Part shown: in pieces, positions 30,716 to 42,117 of the stretch
How positions within the stretch are numbered: the stretch's first letter is position 1
How the letters are laid out: each line of letters begins with the position of its first letter
From: an uncultured Methylomirabilota bacterium
GTDB taxonomy: Bacteria; Methylomirabilota; Methylomirabilia; Methylomirabilales; 2-02-FULL-66-22
Direction: 5' to 3'
Assembly (NCBI GenBank): GCA_963845565.1
Contig: CAWJSJ010000002.1
Location: 416,001-480,000, forward strand
Length of the DNA stretch: 64,000 nt
Position numbers and translations under genes: made by a program
Notes under the pieces: model-generated
The model's input: the letters and a program-made list of their open reading frames with translations, nothing else
What the model was told of the DNA's origin: nothing
The model's database searches: none

Positions 30716-32848
30716 TCAGTTCCCTGCCAGGCGCACGCAGGCGAGCAACGCGGTCTCGTAGGCGCCGACATCGGGGAACGTCGGGAAACCGCGCAGGCCC
30801 AAGCAGTCATCCCGGCTGGGGTACGGGGTTGCCCCCGTGGCCTTCAGCACCGTCGCCACCAGCCGCTGAAAACCGCGGACGGCGGACGGCTCGCCCTGAA
30901 GCTGCGGAATGGCCAGGTCTTGGTCGGTCAAGCGGACAGAGCGCACCACGTCGCCTTCGGGCGTCGCCTTCGGCGCCATCAGCAGGTCCAGGATGAGTTT
31001 GCCTCCGGGCGGCTCGGCCCGGGAGGGATCGTCGATCCGCGCCACGGAGACCCCCGTGATGCCCTGCCAGGGCAGGTGGCCGATCTTCCCCTCCCGATTC
31101 TGCAGACGCAAGCCGCGCGCGTCGATGCCGACGGCCTGCATCGCAACCGGGAGCAGCCTCCATGAGGGCGCCGATTCCACCGTCTCCTCGCGCGCCGGCT
31201 CGGGCGTCGGCACCTCGAACGTCTGCGCGCCGCCCGCCGGTTCGTCCGGGGTCGGCTCGGGCGCGGATTCCGGCGCGAAGTCATGCCGGACGATGAATCC
31301 GGGTGTCGCTCCCTCCGCGGACGGCGTCTCCGCTTCCGACGAGGAGGCCGGCGCCTCCCCGACGGCCGGCATCGATGCGGTGAGCGACGTGGGTTCGAAG
31401 CCCGCCTCAGGAGGCGTAGCGGCAGGTGGCGGGGCCGCTGGACGGTCGCGACGGGCGGCGGCCATTAACTCCTCGGCGGCCCGCCGAAACTCCGGCGGCG
31501 CCGCAGGATCCCGGAGGGCTTCCTCCAAGAGCGTCGTGGCGGCGTCAGGCTGCTGGAAGAACTCCAGCATCAGCCGACCGTAGGCCACCAGGGCCTTCGG
31601 GCGCAACGGATCGACGGGCCAGGCCTCGATTCCCTTCTGATAGAGGTCGGCGGCCTCCGCGTGTCGCTCCTGCTTCTCCCGGTGGGCGGCGAGGGTCAGG
31701 AGGCTTCGCAGGGGAACCGCCACGTCCGGATGGGCGCGGCGATGCTCGTCGAACGCCGCCAGACCGCCGTCCATGTCCCGTGCCACCACGTAGGCGCTCA
31801 CCAGCCTCGCCGATTCCCGCCCCGCAGAGGCGGAATCTCCCGCTTGCGTGTAGGCCGCCACCAGGGCGGCGCGGGCCTCGATGCTGTTCGGGGTCTGTTT
31901 CAAGAGCGCCACCAGTTCACGGATGCCCGCTTCCGGTCCTCCACGATCCAGTTTTTCCAGCGCGGCGGTGAGCTGCTCGGATGGGCTCCAACTGGTCTTC
32001 CGCGCGATGGCGGGCGCCAGGACGTTCTTCTCGAAGTCCGCCAGCCGGACCACGAGCGCGACCAGCACGCCGAAGGCGAACCCACCGATGTGCGCCCAGA
32101 CCGCGATCCCGCCGCCCGCGCCCGACCGAGCCATGGCGAACTGCTGGAGGAGCCAGAGCGGCAAGGCCACGAAGGCCGGCATGACGAACGTGCCCCGGAC
32201 GATGAGGAACCAGTAGAAGAACCGTATCCGCGTCCGGGCGAGCCGGACCAGGAATGCGCCCATCAGGCCTGCGATGGCCCCCGAAGCGCCCACCATGGGC
32301 ACGGGGCTGTGCGGCGTCATGGCCGCGTGGAGCAAGGCGGCGACCACCCCGCTGGCCAGATACAGCAGCAGGAAGAGGACGCGCCCCCAGCGGTCCTCCA
32401 GGCTGCCACCCGCAAGCCACAGAAACAGCATATTGCCGAGGAGGTGCATCCACCCCCCATGGAGGAACATGGAGGTGAAGAGCGTCAGCAGCCGGGGTTC
32501 CGCCGGGACGTAGCCGTAGGTCCGGTAGATGTTACCCTTCGTGCCCGACCGGAGCTCGGCCAGCATCTCGTCGAGCCGCGCCTGCTCCCGGGCGACGGTC
32601 TCGGAGGACAGGTCGGCGCGCGGCGGGCCGGGCGGGATCACACGGCGGAGCTCCTCCGAAACCCGCAGATAGGGCCGGTCGGCGGCGTAGCGAACGACCT
32701 CCTGGACCCGTTGGCGCGTCTCGGCGGCCTGCTGCTGTGCGACCTGATTGGTGAAGAGAAAGACCAGGACGTTGGCGGCGACCAGAAGGATGGTCACCCA
32801 CGGCAGACGCCGCACCTGTTGGTCTTCGTGCCCGATCGGGATCAGCAT
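30716..32848 (-). CDS. Rhomboid intramembrane serine protease with TPR-like and extra C-terminal domains
   Basis: TSMFLHGGWMHLLGNMLFL, VGASGAIAG (Ser), WAHIGGF (His); helical repeats and a Pro/Glu linker follow. Confidence 0.9.
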   Translation of the reverse strand: MLIPIGHEDQQVRRLPWVTILLVAANVLVFLFTNQVAQQQAAETRQRVQEVVRYAADRPYLRVSEELRRVIPPGPPRADLSSETVAREQARLDEMLAELRSGTKGNIYRTYGYVPAEPRLLTLFTSMFLHGGWMHLLGNMLFLWLAGGSLEDRWGRVLFLLLYLASGVVAALLHAAMTPHSPVPMVGASGAIAGLMGAFLVRLARTRIRFFYWFLIVRGTFVMPAFVALPLWLLQQFAMARSGAGGGIAVWAHIGGFAFGVLVALVVRLADFEKNVLAPAIARKTSWSPSEQLTAALEKLDRGGPEAGIRELVALLKQTPNSIEARAALVAAYTQAGDSASAGRESARLVSAYVVARDMDGGLAAFDEHRRAHPDVAVPLRSLLTLAAHREKQERHAEAADLYQKGIEAWPVDPLRPKALVAYGRLMLEFFQQPDAATTLLEEALRDPAAPPEFRRAAEELMAAARRDRPAAPPPAATPPEAGFEPTSLTASMPAVGEAPASSSEAETPSAEGATPGFIVRHDFAPESAPEPTPDEPAGGAQTFEVPTPEPAREETVESAPSWRLLPVAMQAVGIDARGLRLQNREGKIGHLPWQGITGVSVARIDDPSRAEPPGGKLILDLLMAPKATPEGDVVRSVRLTDQDLAIPQLQGEPSAVRGFQRLVATVLKATGATPYPSRDDCLGLRGFPTFPDVGAYETALLACVRLAGN

Positions 32849-33021
32849 GCTCTTCCGCCTCCGCGCGGTGCCAGGGTGCCCCGTGTCGGCCAGACGGTAC
32901 CATTGATGCCGCCGGTGTCAAGACGAAACCGACGGCTTGTGAGGGGTTCGGGATGAGAGGTGGGTGGAGCGGAGCGCCGCGACCAAGAGCCGCCCTCGGG
33001 TTCCCGCCTTCCGGAATCACG

Positions 33022-33051
33022 TTGACAGTGCCGGGCCACCCTGCCTAGACT
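33022..33051 (+). promoter_or_regulatory. sigma70-type promoter of SBP paralog 1
   Basis: TTGACA-N18-TAGACT, repeated before each of the three paralogs. Confidence 0.7.
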
Positions 33052-33105
33052 GCCGCAACGGCGGACCCATCACCAGACGCACCCTTCAACCCGGGAGGTA
33101 GGCAG

Positions 33106-35178
33106 ATGGCTCGCAATCGAACCGGAGTGACGCGGCGGGAGTTCTTACAGCGGACGGCGCTTGCCTCGGGCGCCGTCGCCTTGGCGGGCGTACCGATCTC
33201 CGGCGCCCTTGCCGGTCAGGCGGAGCCAAAGATCGGCGCCCAGCTCATCGGGAAACTGGAGGGCCCCTCGCTGGTGCTTGACCCGTTGAAGTGGCCCAAG
33301 AAGTACGGGGAGGCGCCGGCGCTGGCCGAGTTGGTCAAGGCCGGCAAGCTCCCTCCGGTGGCCCAGCGCATCCCCGAGGAGCCGATGGTGGTGAAACCGC
33401 TCCACTCCATCGGCAAGTACGGCGGAAACTGGCGTCGTGCCTTCACCGGGCCGGGCGACGGCGAGAATGGCAACCGGATCGTGGCCACGGATAAGATCCT
33501 GTTCTGGGACTACACCGGGACCAAGGTCATGCCCTGCCTTGCCAGGGATTGGCGCCTGAGCGACGACGGCAAGGTCTGCACCATCTTCCTCCGGAAGGGT
33601 CACAGGTGGTCCGACGGACAGCCCTTTACGGCCGACGACTTCGTCTTCTGGTTCGAGGATATCTATTCCAACAAGGACCTGCAGCCCACACCGGACCCGT
33701 TCTTCATGGTCAACGGCAAGCCCGGCCGCCTGTACAAGCGCGACGACCACACGGTCGTGTTCGAATTCCCGGAGTCCAACTACATGTTCGTGGACGTCCT
33801 GGCGGGGAGCACCACCATGGGCGGCGGCCAGGCGCGCGAGCAGCACCTGGGCCGCACCATGGGCGCCTACATGCCCGCCCACTACCTCAAGCAGTTCCAC
33901 CCGAAACACATCGGGAAGGAAGAGGCCGACCGCAAGGCCAAGGCGGTGGGTTTCGACGGATGGCTGAGCTACCTCAAGAACCGCTGGGACTGGCGGCTCA
34001 ACACCGACCTCCCCGTCCTGGGCCCTTGGAAGACCGTCACGCCGATCAACACGCCGACCTGGGCGCTCGAGCGGAACCCGTACTATTACGGCGTCGACAG
34101 CGAGGGCAACCAGCTCCCCTACATCGACCGGATCACCATGGGTCTGGCCGAGAACCTGGAGGTCGTCAACCTGCGCGCCATCGCCGGGCAGTACGACTTC
34201 ATGGAGCGCCACACCAGCCTCGGCAAGCTCCCCGTCTTCCTGGAGAACCGAGACAAGGGGAACTACACCGTGCACCTGGATCCGGCCCTGAACGGCGGCG
34301 ATGCCGTCTTGCACACTAACCAGGCGTACGAAGGCGATCCGGAGATCCAGAAATGGATCCTCACCCGGGACTTCCGCCGCGCCCTCTCCATGGGCATCGA
34401 CCGCGACCAGCTCAACGAGACGTTCTGGCTGGGCGTGGGGACGCCGGGCTCGGTCGCGCCCTCGGAGAGCGCGCCGGAGAATCCCGGTCCCGAGTGGCGC
34501 AAGAAGTGGTCGGTCCTGGACGTGAAGCAGGCCAACCAGCTCCTGGACAAGATCGGCCTGAGCAAGAAGGACGGCGACGGCTATCGCCTGCGGACCGACG
34601 GCAAGGGGCGGCTCCGGATCGAGCTGCAAACCATCGCGGGGGCCTTCATCAACTTCGCCCAGGTCGCCGAGATGATCAAGGAGCAGTGGAAGAAGATCGG
34701 CATCCAGACGGATGTGAAGGACCTGGAGCGCAACCTCTTCTTCACCAAGATCGCCAACAACGAGCACCAGATCGCGATCTTCATCAACGACGGCTCTGAG
34801 CAGATCTACCTCTACCCCCGCTACGCCCTGCCGGTGGACCCGATCCAGTGCCCTTTGGGCCATCCCATCGCCCGGTGGTACGCCAGCGACGGAAAACAGG
34901 GCAAGCCGCCCCAGGACCCGGAACTCTTGCGGGCGCTCGAACTGTTCAGGTCCGCGCCCGGCAAGAAGGCGCCGGAGCGACGGAAGATCGCCCAGGAGAT
35001 CTGGAAGATCCTGGTGGACGGCCAGTTCAGCATCGGCACCGTCGGCCTCTCGCCGGCCGTCATGGGTGTCCGGATCGTGAGCAAGCGGATGGGGAACATC
35101 CCGGCGCGCCAGGTCAACGCGCAGCACGCCCGGACCCCGTGCAGCTCCCATCCGGCGACCTTCTTCTTCAAGGCATAG
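33106..35178 (+). CDS. ABC substrate-binding protein family 5, Tat-exported (paralog 1)
   Basis: TRREFL; LPPVAQRIP, IGKYGG, LRKGHRWSDGQPFTADD, ERNPYY, GNQLPYID, FRRALSMGIDR. Confidence 0.93.
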   Translation: MARNRTGVTRREFLQRTALASGAVALAGVPISGALAGQAEPKIGAQLIGKLEGPSLVLDPLKWPKKYGEAPALAELVKAGKLPPVAQRIPEEPMVVKPLHSIGKYGGNWRRAFTGPGDGENGNRIVATDKILFWDYTGTKVMPCLARDWRLSDDGKVCTIFLRKGHRWSDGQPFTADDFVFWFEDIYSNKDLQPTPDPFFMVNGKPGRLYKRDDHTVVFEFPESNYMFVDVLAGSTTMGGGQAREQHLGRTMGAYMPAHYLKQFHPKHIGKEEADRKAKAVGFDGWLSYLKNRWDWRLNTDLPVLGPWKTVTPINTPTWALERNPYYYGVDSEGNQLPYIDRITMGLAENLEVVNLRAIAGQYDFMERHTSLGKLPVFLENRDKGNYTVHLDPALNGGDAVLHTNQAYEGDPEIQKWILTRDFRRALSMGIDRDQLNETFWLGVGTPGSVAPSESAPENPGPEWRKKWSVLDVKQANQLLDKIGLSKKDGDGYRLRTDGKGRLRIELQTIAGAFINFAQVAEMIKEQWKKIGIQTDVKDLERNLFFTKIANNEHQIAIFINDGSEQIYLYPRYALPVDPIQCPLGHPIARWYASDGKQGKPPQDPELLRALELFRSAPGKKAPERRKIAQEIWKILVDGQFSIGTVGLSPAVMGVRIVSKRMGNIPARQVNAQHARTPCSSHPATFFFKA

Positions 35179-35194
35179 ACTGGAGCCATCCACC

Positions 35195-35229
35195 TTAGGA
35201 GCCGTTACGAAATTCTTTGACAACGGCTT
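35195..35229 (+). mobile_element. Internally deleted copy of the TTA-flanked element
   Basis: TTAGGAGCCGTTACGAAAT joined directly to TCTTTGACAACGGCTT. Confidence 0.8.
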
Positions 35230-35231
35230 CC

Positions 35232-35270
35232 ACCGGCCGCCACCGTTTTCCGGGGCGGCCGGTGTTATTT
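35232..35270 (+). terminator. Probable intrinsic terminator after SBP1
   Basis: ACCGGCCGCC/GGCGGCCGGT stem followed by GTTATTT. Confidence 0.5.
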
Positions 35271-35338
35271 CGTCCATCCCCTGCGCGGTTGCCACCGAAC
35301 GGACAACGGCTCGAGACTGTCCTTCGCCCAGATTGCCG

Positions 35339-35368
35339 TTGACTTCGCGTTCCCATACTGACTAGACT
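35339..35368 (+). promoter_or_regulatory. sigma70-type promoter of SBP paralog 2
   Basis: TTGACT-N18-TAGACT. Confidence 0.7.
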
Positions 35369-35435
35369 TCCAGCAGGGAGTGGGCTGACTGTTCTGTCCC
35401 GAAATTCCCCGTAACGTAGGAAGGAGGCTTTCCTC

Positions 35436-37515
35436 ATGTCGAAGAAGGCAAAAGGCGTCACTCGTCGCGAGTTCCTCCTGGACACGGCGCTCGCCTCGGG
35501 TGCCTTGGCCCTCACGGGCCTTGCGCCCACGACGTCGCTGGCAGGGCAGGCGGAGCCCAAGCTCGGTGCCCAGTTCATCGGGAAGCTGGAAGGGCCGGAG
35601 ATCATCCGCGATGTGGCGAAGTTTCCCAAGCAGTTCGGCGAGGCCCCCATGCTGGCCGAGCTGGTGAAGGCCGGCAAGCTCCCGCCGGTGGCGCAGCGCT
35701 TGCCCGAGCCGGCGGACCTGATGGTCGTCAAGCCCCTGAAGGAAATCGGAAAGTACGGCGGGCGCTGGCGCCGCGGCTTCACCGGGCCCGCCGACACCGA
35801 GAACGGGAACCGGATCGTCTCCACGGACAAGATCTTGATGTGGGACTACACCGGGAACAAGGTCGCGCCCTCCCTCGCCAAGGACTGGCGCCTCAGCGAC
35901 GACGGAAAGGTCTGCACGATCTTTCTGCGCAAGGGGCTCAAGTGGTCGGATGGGCAGCCGTTCACCGCGGACGACTTCCTGTTCTGGTACGAGGAGATTT
36001 ACCAGAACAAGGAGCTCGTGCCGGCCCCGGCCCCGGAGTTCACGATCAACGGCAAGCCGGGGCGGATGTACAAGCGCGACGACTACACCGTGGTCTTCGA
36101 GTTTCCCGAGCCGTACTTCCTCTTCGTGGACATCCTGGCCGGCGACACCCTGATCGGCGGCGGACAGGCCACGGGGATGGCGCGCGCCTCGTTCATGGGC
36201 GGGTACGCCCCGGCCCACTACCTCAAGCAGTTCCTGCCCAAGTACTCTTCGGCCGACGAGGTCACGCGCAAGGCCAAGGCCGCCAGCTTCGACAGCTGGG
36301 TGAGCTACTTCCGCAATCGCACCAACTGGGCGCTGAACCCCGACCTGCCCGTCCTGGGGCCGTGGAAGACCGTCAGCCCGATCAATACTCCGACCTGGGC
36401 CATGGAGCGGAATCCGTACTACTGGGCCGTGGATACGGCGGGGAATCAATTGCCGTACATCGACCGGATCGTCATGAACCTGGCGGAGAATCTCGAGGTG
36501 CTCAACCTGCGGGCCATCGCCGGTGAATACGACCTGCAGGAGCGCCACGTGAGCCTCAACAAGCTGCCGGTCTTTATCGAGAACCAGAAGAAGGGCAATT
36601 ACAGCATCCGCCTGGACACGCAGCAGGCGGGCTGCGACGCGGCCATGCTCGTCAATACCGCCTACGAGGCCGACCCCGAAATCGCCAAGTGGCTCAAGAC
36701 CCGGGACTTCCGTCGCGCCCTGGCCCTGGGGATCGACCGCGATCAGCTCAACGAGGCTTTCTGGCTGGGCATCGGGACGCCCGGCTCGTGTGCGCCGGCG
36801 GACGATTCGTCCAACAGCCCTGGCAAGGAGTATCGGAAGAAGTGGGGCGTGCTGGATCTCAAGCAGGCCAACGACATGCTGGACAAGCTCGGCCTGACCA
36901 AGAAGGACGGCGAGGGCTACCGTCTGCGGACCGACGGCAAGGGGCGGCTCCGGATCGAGCTGATGACGGTGGGCGGCCAGTTCATCCCGTTCACCCAGGT
37001 CGCCGAGATGATCAGGCAGCAGTGGAGGAAGATCGGCATCGACGCCGACGTGAAGGAGACCGAGCGCAGCCTGGCCTTCACCAAGACCGCCAACGCGGAA
37101 CACCACATCATGTTCTGGACGGTCTGCGGGTCGGAGAACCTCTACCTCTTCCCGCGCCACGTCCTGCCGGTGGATACCGCCGAATGCCATCTCGGCATGC
37201 CGTTCGCCCGCTGGTACGCCACCAACGGGGCCCAGGGCAAGAAGCCGGACAACCCGGAGATGCTGCGCGCCTTCGAGCTGTATCCGCTCGGCGGCGGGCA
37301 AGAAAGAGGCCGAGCGGACGAAGATCGCCCAGGAGATCTGGAAGATCATCGTGGAGGAGTGCTGGGTCATCGGCACCGTGGGCCTCTCCCCGGCCTTCAT
37401 GGGCGTGCGGATCACCAAGAACAACATGGGGAACATCCCCACGCGGCAGACCAACGCGCAGCACGCCCGGACGCCGAACACCTCGCATCCGGCAACGTTC
37501 TTCTTCAAGTCGTAA
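35436..37515 (+). CDS. ABC substrate-binding protein family 5, Tat-exported (paralog 2), frameshift near 37281
   Basis: Collinear with paralog 1; the shifted frame ends HPATFFFKS-TAA at 37513. Confidence 0.9.
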
Positions 37516-37536
37516 CGCACGCCCTCGCGCCACCCG

Positions 37537-37576
37537 ACACCCGCCCTCGCGACCGCGAGGGCGGGTGTTCTCTTTT
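37537..37576 (+). terminator. Intrinsic terminator after SBP2
   Basis: 14-bp perfect stem ACACCCGCCCTCGC/GCGAGGGCGGGTGT, 4-nt loop, TCTCTTTT tail. Confidence 0.75.
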
Positions 37577-37641
37577 CGGGGTGCCTGTCCGCAGGGTGGT
37601 TACGGGCCAGGGCCTGTTCGCGTTTTGCTCCCAGAATGCCG

Positions 37642-37671
37642 TTGACATCGAGTGTGGGCGCCGACTAGACT
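37642..37671 (+). promoter_or_regulatory. sigma70-type promoter of SBP paralog 3
   Basis: TTGACA-N18-TAGACT. Confidence 0.7.
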
Positions 37672-37807
37672 CCCGCCACAGATTCATATTCCGGCCCTGA
37701 ACGCGCACGAGATGAGTTGCCGATTACCGGGCCGACCTCGTGGGACCGAACGGCCTCCGACGTGGAGGTGTGGCGTGATTCCAGCGAAGCCTGAGGAGGA
37801 AACGACC

Positions 37808-39888
37808 ATGGCGAAGAAGCGAACAGGTGTGACACGGCGCGAGTTCCTGCAGCACGCGGCGCTGGCCTCCGGCGCCATGGCCCTGACCAGCCTCGCCCCC
37901 ACGGCAGCGCTGGCCGCCCAAGCGGGCGAGGCAAAGATCGGGTCTCAGCTCATCGGAAAGCTTGAGGGGCCCAGCTTGATCTTGGATCCTGACAAATGGC
38001 CCAAGAAGTTCGCCGAGGCCCCCATGCTGGCCGAAATGGTCAAGGCCGGCAAGCTCCCGCCGGTGGAAAAGCGCATCCCCGAGGAGCCGATGGTCGTGAA
38101 GCCGCTGCAGAGCGTCGGCAAGTACGGCGGGACGTGGCGGCGCGGCTTCACCGGTCCCGGCGACGGTGAGAACGGGAACCGCATCGTCTCCACCGACAAG
38201 ATCCTCTTCTGGGACTACACCGGAACCAAGATCATGCCGTGCCTGGCCAAGGACTGGAAGGTCAGCGACGACGGTCGGGTCGTCGTCATCACACTCCGCA
38301 AGGGGCACCAAGTGGTCCGACGGCCAGCCGTTCACCGCGGACGACTTCGTCTTCTGGTACGAAGACGTGTACATGAACAAGGACATCCAGCCGAGCCCGC
38401 ATCCCGACTTCATGGTGAACGGCAAGCCGGGACGCCTGACCAAGCGCGACGACTACACGGTCATGTTCGAGTTCCCCGAGCCGAACTACCTGTTCGTGGA
38501 CATCCTGGCGGGGAGCACCGCCATGGGCGGCGGCCAGGCCACCCAGCAGCACTTCGGCCGCACCATGGGCGCCTACATGCCCGCCCATTACATCAAGCAG
38601 TTCCTGCCGAAGTACTCGTCGCGGGACGAGGTGGACAAGAAGGCCAAGGCGGCGGGATTCGACGGCTGGCTGAGCTACATCAAGAACCGCTGGGACTGGC
38701 GGCTGAACCCCGAGTTGCCGACGCTCGGCCCCTGGAAGACCGTCAGCCCGATCAACACGCCGACCTGGGGGTTGGAGCGCAACCCCTATTACTATGGCGT
38801 CGACAGCGAGGGGAACCAGCTTCCCTACATCGACAAGATCAGCATGGGGCGTGGCGGAGAACCTGGAGGTCCTGAACCTCCGCGCCATCGCGGGGCAGTA
38901 CGACCTGCAGGAGCGGCACACCGCCATGGGGAAGATCCCCGTCTTCCTGGAGAACCGCAGCAAGGGCAACTACGACCTCCGCCTCGACCCGGCCCTGAAC
39001 GGCTCGGACGCCACGCTGCAGATCAATCATGCCTACGAGGCGGATCCCGAGATCGCGAAGTGGTTGCACAATCGGGACTTCCGCCGGGCGCTCTCCCTCG
39101 GCATCGAGCGCGACCAGCTCAACGAGACCTTCTGGCTCGGGATCGGCGTCGCCGGCTCCATCGTACCGGCGGACAGCTCGCCCTACAGCCCGGGAGCCGA
39201 GTGGCGGAAGAAGTGGTCCACGTACAACCCGAAGCAGGCCAGCGAGCTGTTGGACAAGATCGGCCTGACGAAGAAGGACAATGAAGGGTACCGGCTGCGG
39301 ACCGACGGCAAGGGGCGGCTGCGCATCGAACTGCAGACGTCGGCGGGGGCCTTCATCCCCCACACGCAGGTCGCCGAGATGATCAAGGAGCAATGGAAGA
39401 AGATCGGGATCCAGGCGGATCCCAAAGAGCTGGAGCGGGCTCTCTTCTTCACGAAGATCAAGGCCAACGAGCATCAGATCGCCATCTGGGCGAATGACGG
39501 CACGGAGGTGCTCTACCTCTTCCCGCGTCACGCCCTGCCGGTGGATCCGGTGGAAGCGCTGATGGGCCACCCGATCGCCGACTGGTTCGCCAGCAACGGG
39601 AAGGCCGGAAAAGCGCCGAAGGACCCGGAGATGCTCAAGGCCCTGGAGATGTTCCGTTCCGCAGGGAGCAAGAAGACGGCCCAAGAGCGCTACAAGGTCG
39701 CCCAGGAGATCTTCAAGATCATCGTGGATAACCAGTTCTCCATCGGCACGGTCGGGCAGTCGCCCGCCACCATGGGCGTGCGGATCGTGAGCAAGAAGCT
39801 GGGCAACATCCCCTCTCGCCAGGTCAATGCCCAGCACGCCCGGACCCCGTGCAGCTCGCATCCGGCCACGTTCTTCTTCAAGGCGTAA
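37808..39888 (+). CDS. ABC substrate-binding protein family 5, Tat-exported (paralog 3), frameshifts near 38305 and 38850
   Basis: Three ORF pieces collinear with paralog 1; GAGGAGG RBS; ends HPATFFFKA. Confidence 0.9.
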
Positions 39889-39912
39889 TGGCGCTCTTCG
39901 TGCGCCATCAGG

Positions 39913-39945
39913 GGCCACCACCCGACTTCCCGTCGGGTGGTGGCC
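39913..39945 (+). other. Intercistronic hairpin between SBP3 and the permease
   Basis: GGCCACCACCCGAC/GTCGGGTGGTGGCC perfect stem with no U tract; likely an mRNA stabiliser or attenuator. Confidence 0.55.
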
Positions 39946-39969
39946 GTCCCTCGTGAGAGGGGGCTCGAA

Positions 39970-40962
39970 ATGCTTGCGTATCTCGTTCGCCGCCTGATCC
40001 TAGCCGTCCTGACGACGTGGGCGGTCTCCGTCCTGTCCTTTGTCGTCATCCAGCTTCCGCCGGGTGACTACATCACCTCCTATATCGCCCAGATGTCCTC
40101 CTCGGGCAGCTTCGTCTCCGAGCAGGAGGCGAACGCCCTCCGTCAGCAGTACGGCCTGGATCAGCCACAGTACATCCAGTACATCCGCTGGATGAAGATG
40201 GTGCTCCAGGGGAACTTCGGCATGGCCCTGGAGTACGGCCGGCCCGTCGCGGAGGTCATCGGGGACCGCATCTATCTCACCATGGTGGTCTCCGTGGCGG
40301 CGATCATCTTCACCTGGTGCGCGGCCTTGCCCATCGGCATCTATTCGGCGGTGCGCCAGTACTCGTTCGGGGACTACGTGGCCACCTTCATCGGCTTCAT
40401 CGGCCTGGCCATCCCCAGCTTCATGCTGGCGCTGATCCTGATGTACTTCGGCTTCACGTTCTTCAACGCCAACATCGGGGGCCTCTTCTCCGACGAGTTC
40501 GCCGAGGCCCCCTGGTCGCTCGCCAAGCTCTGGGACCTGACGAAGCACCTGCCCCTGCCGGCCGCGATCCTGGGTCTGGCCGGGACCGCGCAGCTCATTC
40601 GCATCATGCGGGCGAACCTGCTGGACGAGCTGGGCAAGCCCTACGTCGTGACCGCCCGCGCCCGCGGCCTGTCCGAGGCGCGGCTGATCGTCAAGTATCC
40701 GGTCCGGGTGGCCCTCAACCCCTTCGCCAGCACCATCGGCTACCTGTTCCCGTATGTGGTGTCGGGGAGCATCATCGTCTCGCTGGTGCTGAGCCTGCCC
40801 ACGGTGGGGCCGCTCCTGCTCAAGTCTCTGGTGGCCCAGGACATGTTCCTGGCCGGCACCATCGTCCTGCTGCTGGGTGTCATGACGGTCATCGGCACGT
40901 TCATCTCGGACCTCCTTCTGATGTGGATCGATCCCCGCATCCGGTTCGAGGGGAAGCAATGA
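39970..40962 (+). CDS. ABC permease (OppB-like)
   Basis: QLPPGDY, YGLDQP, YVVTARARGL, IDPRIR. Confidence 0.93.
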   Translation: MLAYLVRRLILAVLTTWAVSVLSFVVIQLPPGDYITSYIAQMSSSGSFVSEQEANALRQQYGLDQPQYIQYIRWMKMVLQGNFGMALEYGRPVAEVIGDRIYLTMVVSVAAIIFTWCAALPIGIYSAVRQYSFGDYVATFIGFIGLAIPSFMLALILMYFGFTFFNANIGGLFSDEFAEAPWSLAKLWDLTKHLPLPAAILGLAGTAQLIRIMRANLLDELGKPYVVTARARGLSEARLIVKYPVRVALNPFASTIGYLFPYVVSGSIIVSLVLSLPTVGPLLLKSLVAQDMFLAGTIVLLLGVMTVIGTFISDLLLMWIDPRIRFEGKQ

Positions 40963-42117
40963 CCGAGCCCGCAGCCCGCCCGGCTCCGCTGATCGACGAG
41001 GAAGCGCCCCTGGCGACCTCCACCGCCGAGGAGCGCATCTCCGTCGCCACCCAGTGGCAGCTCATGTGGTGGCGCTTCAGGAAGCATCGGCTGGCCATGG
41101 CGAGCACCGTCGTGGTGCTTCTCTTCTACCTGGTGGTGATCTTCGCCGACTTTCTGGCCTACTCCGACCCGCTCGCCTCCGAGGCACAGCGCTCCCTGTT
41201 GCCGCCGCAGCGGATCCACTGGTTCGACGAGGGGCGGTTCTCCCCCCACGTCTACGGCCTCACCGGCGTACGCGACCCGAACACCTTCAAGCGCGTCTAC
41301 ACCCCGGACCCCGGCAAGAAGATCCCCGTCAGGTTCTTCGCCGCGGGCTTCGAGTACCGTTTCCTGGGCATCATCCCCACGAACCTCCACCTCATCGGCG
41401 TAGAGGGCTCGACGCCCGAGGAGTCGCTGTTCCTGCTCGGCACCGACGAGCAGGGCCGCGACCTCTGGTCTCGACTGATGTACGGGACACAGACCTCACT
41501 TATCATCGGCCTGGTCGGCGTCAGCCTCAGCCTGCTCCTGGGGGTCTTCCTGGGAGGGATCTCGGGTCTCTACGGCGGAATCCTCGACACCGTCATCCAG
41601 CGCGTCATCGAGATCCTGCGCTCCATCCCGACCATCCCGCTGTGGATGGGCCTGGCGGCCGCCCTTCCCAACGACTGGAGCATCATCCAGGTCTACTTCG
41701 CCATCACCATCATCATCTCCCTCATCGGCTGGACCGAGCTGGCCCGCGTCGTGCGCGGCCGCTTCCTCTCGCTGCGGGAGGAAGATTTCGTCATGGCGGC
41801 GGAGCTCGCCGGCTGTGGCCAGATGCGGATCATCTTCACGCACCTGGTGCCCTCGTTCCTGAGCCACATCATCGCGGCGACGACCCTGGCGGTGCCGGCC
41901 ATGATCATCAGCGAGACCTCCCTGAGTTTCCTGGGCCTGGGTCTGCGGCCGCCGGCGATCAGCTGGGGAGTCCTGCTGCAGCAGGCACAGAACATCCAGG
42001 CCCTGGCGATCTCGCCCTGGTTGCTGATTCCCGTCGATCCCGGTGACGATCGTCATCCTGGCCTTCAACTTCATGGGGGACGGCCTGCGGGACGCGGCGG
42101 ACCCGTATGGACAATGA
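40959..42117 (+). CDS. ABC permease (OppC-like), frameshift near 42035
   Basis: WWRFRKHRLA, LLGTDEQGRD, LREEDFVMAA, LSFLGLG; the shifted frame ends GDGLRDAADPYGQ-TGA. Confidence 0.9.

Noticed and set aside
33145..35295. Long antisense ORFs (716 aa here; also 35265-37520, 20018-21943, 7885-9486, 45841-47439)
   Set aside because: Shadow frames of GC-rich genes; no motifs, and each overlaps a well-supported gene.
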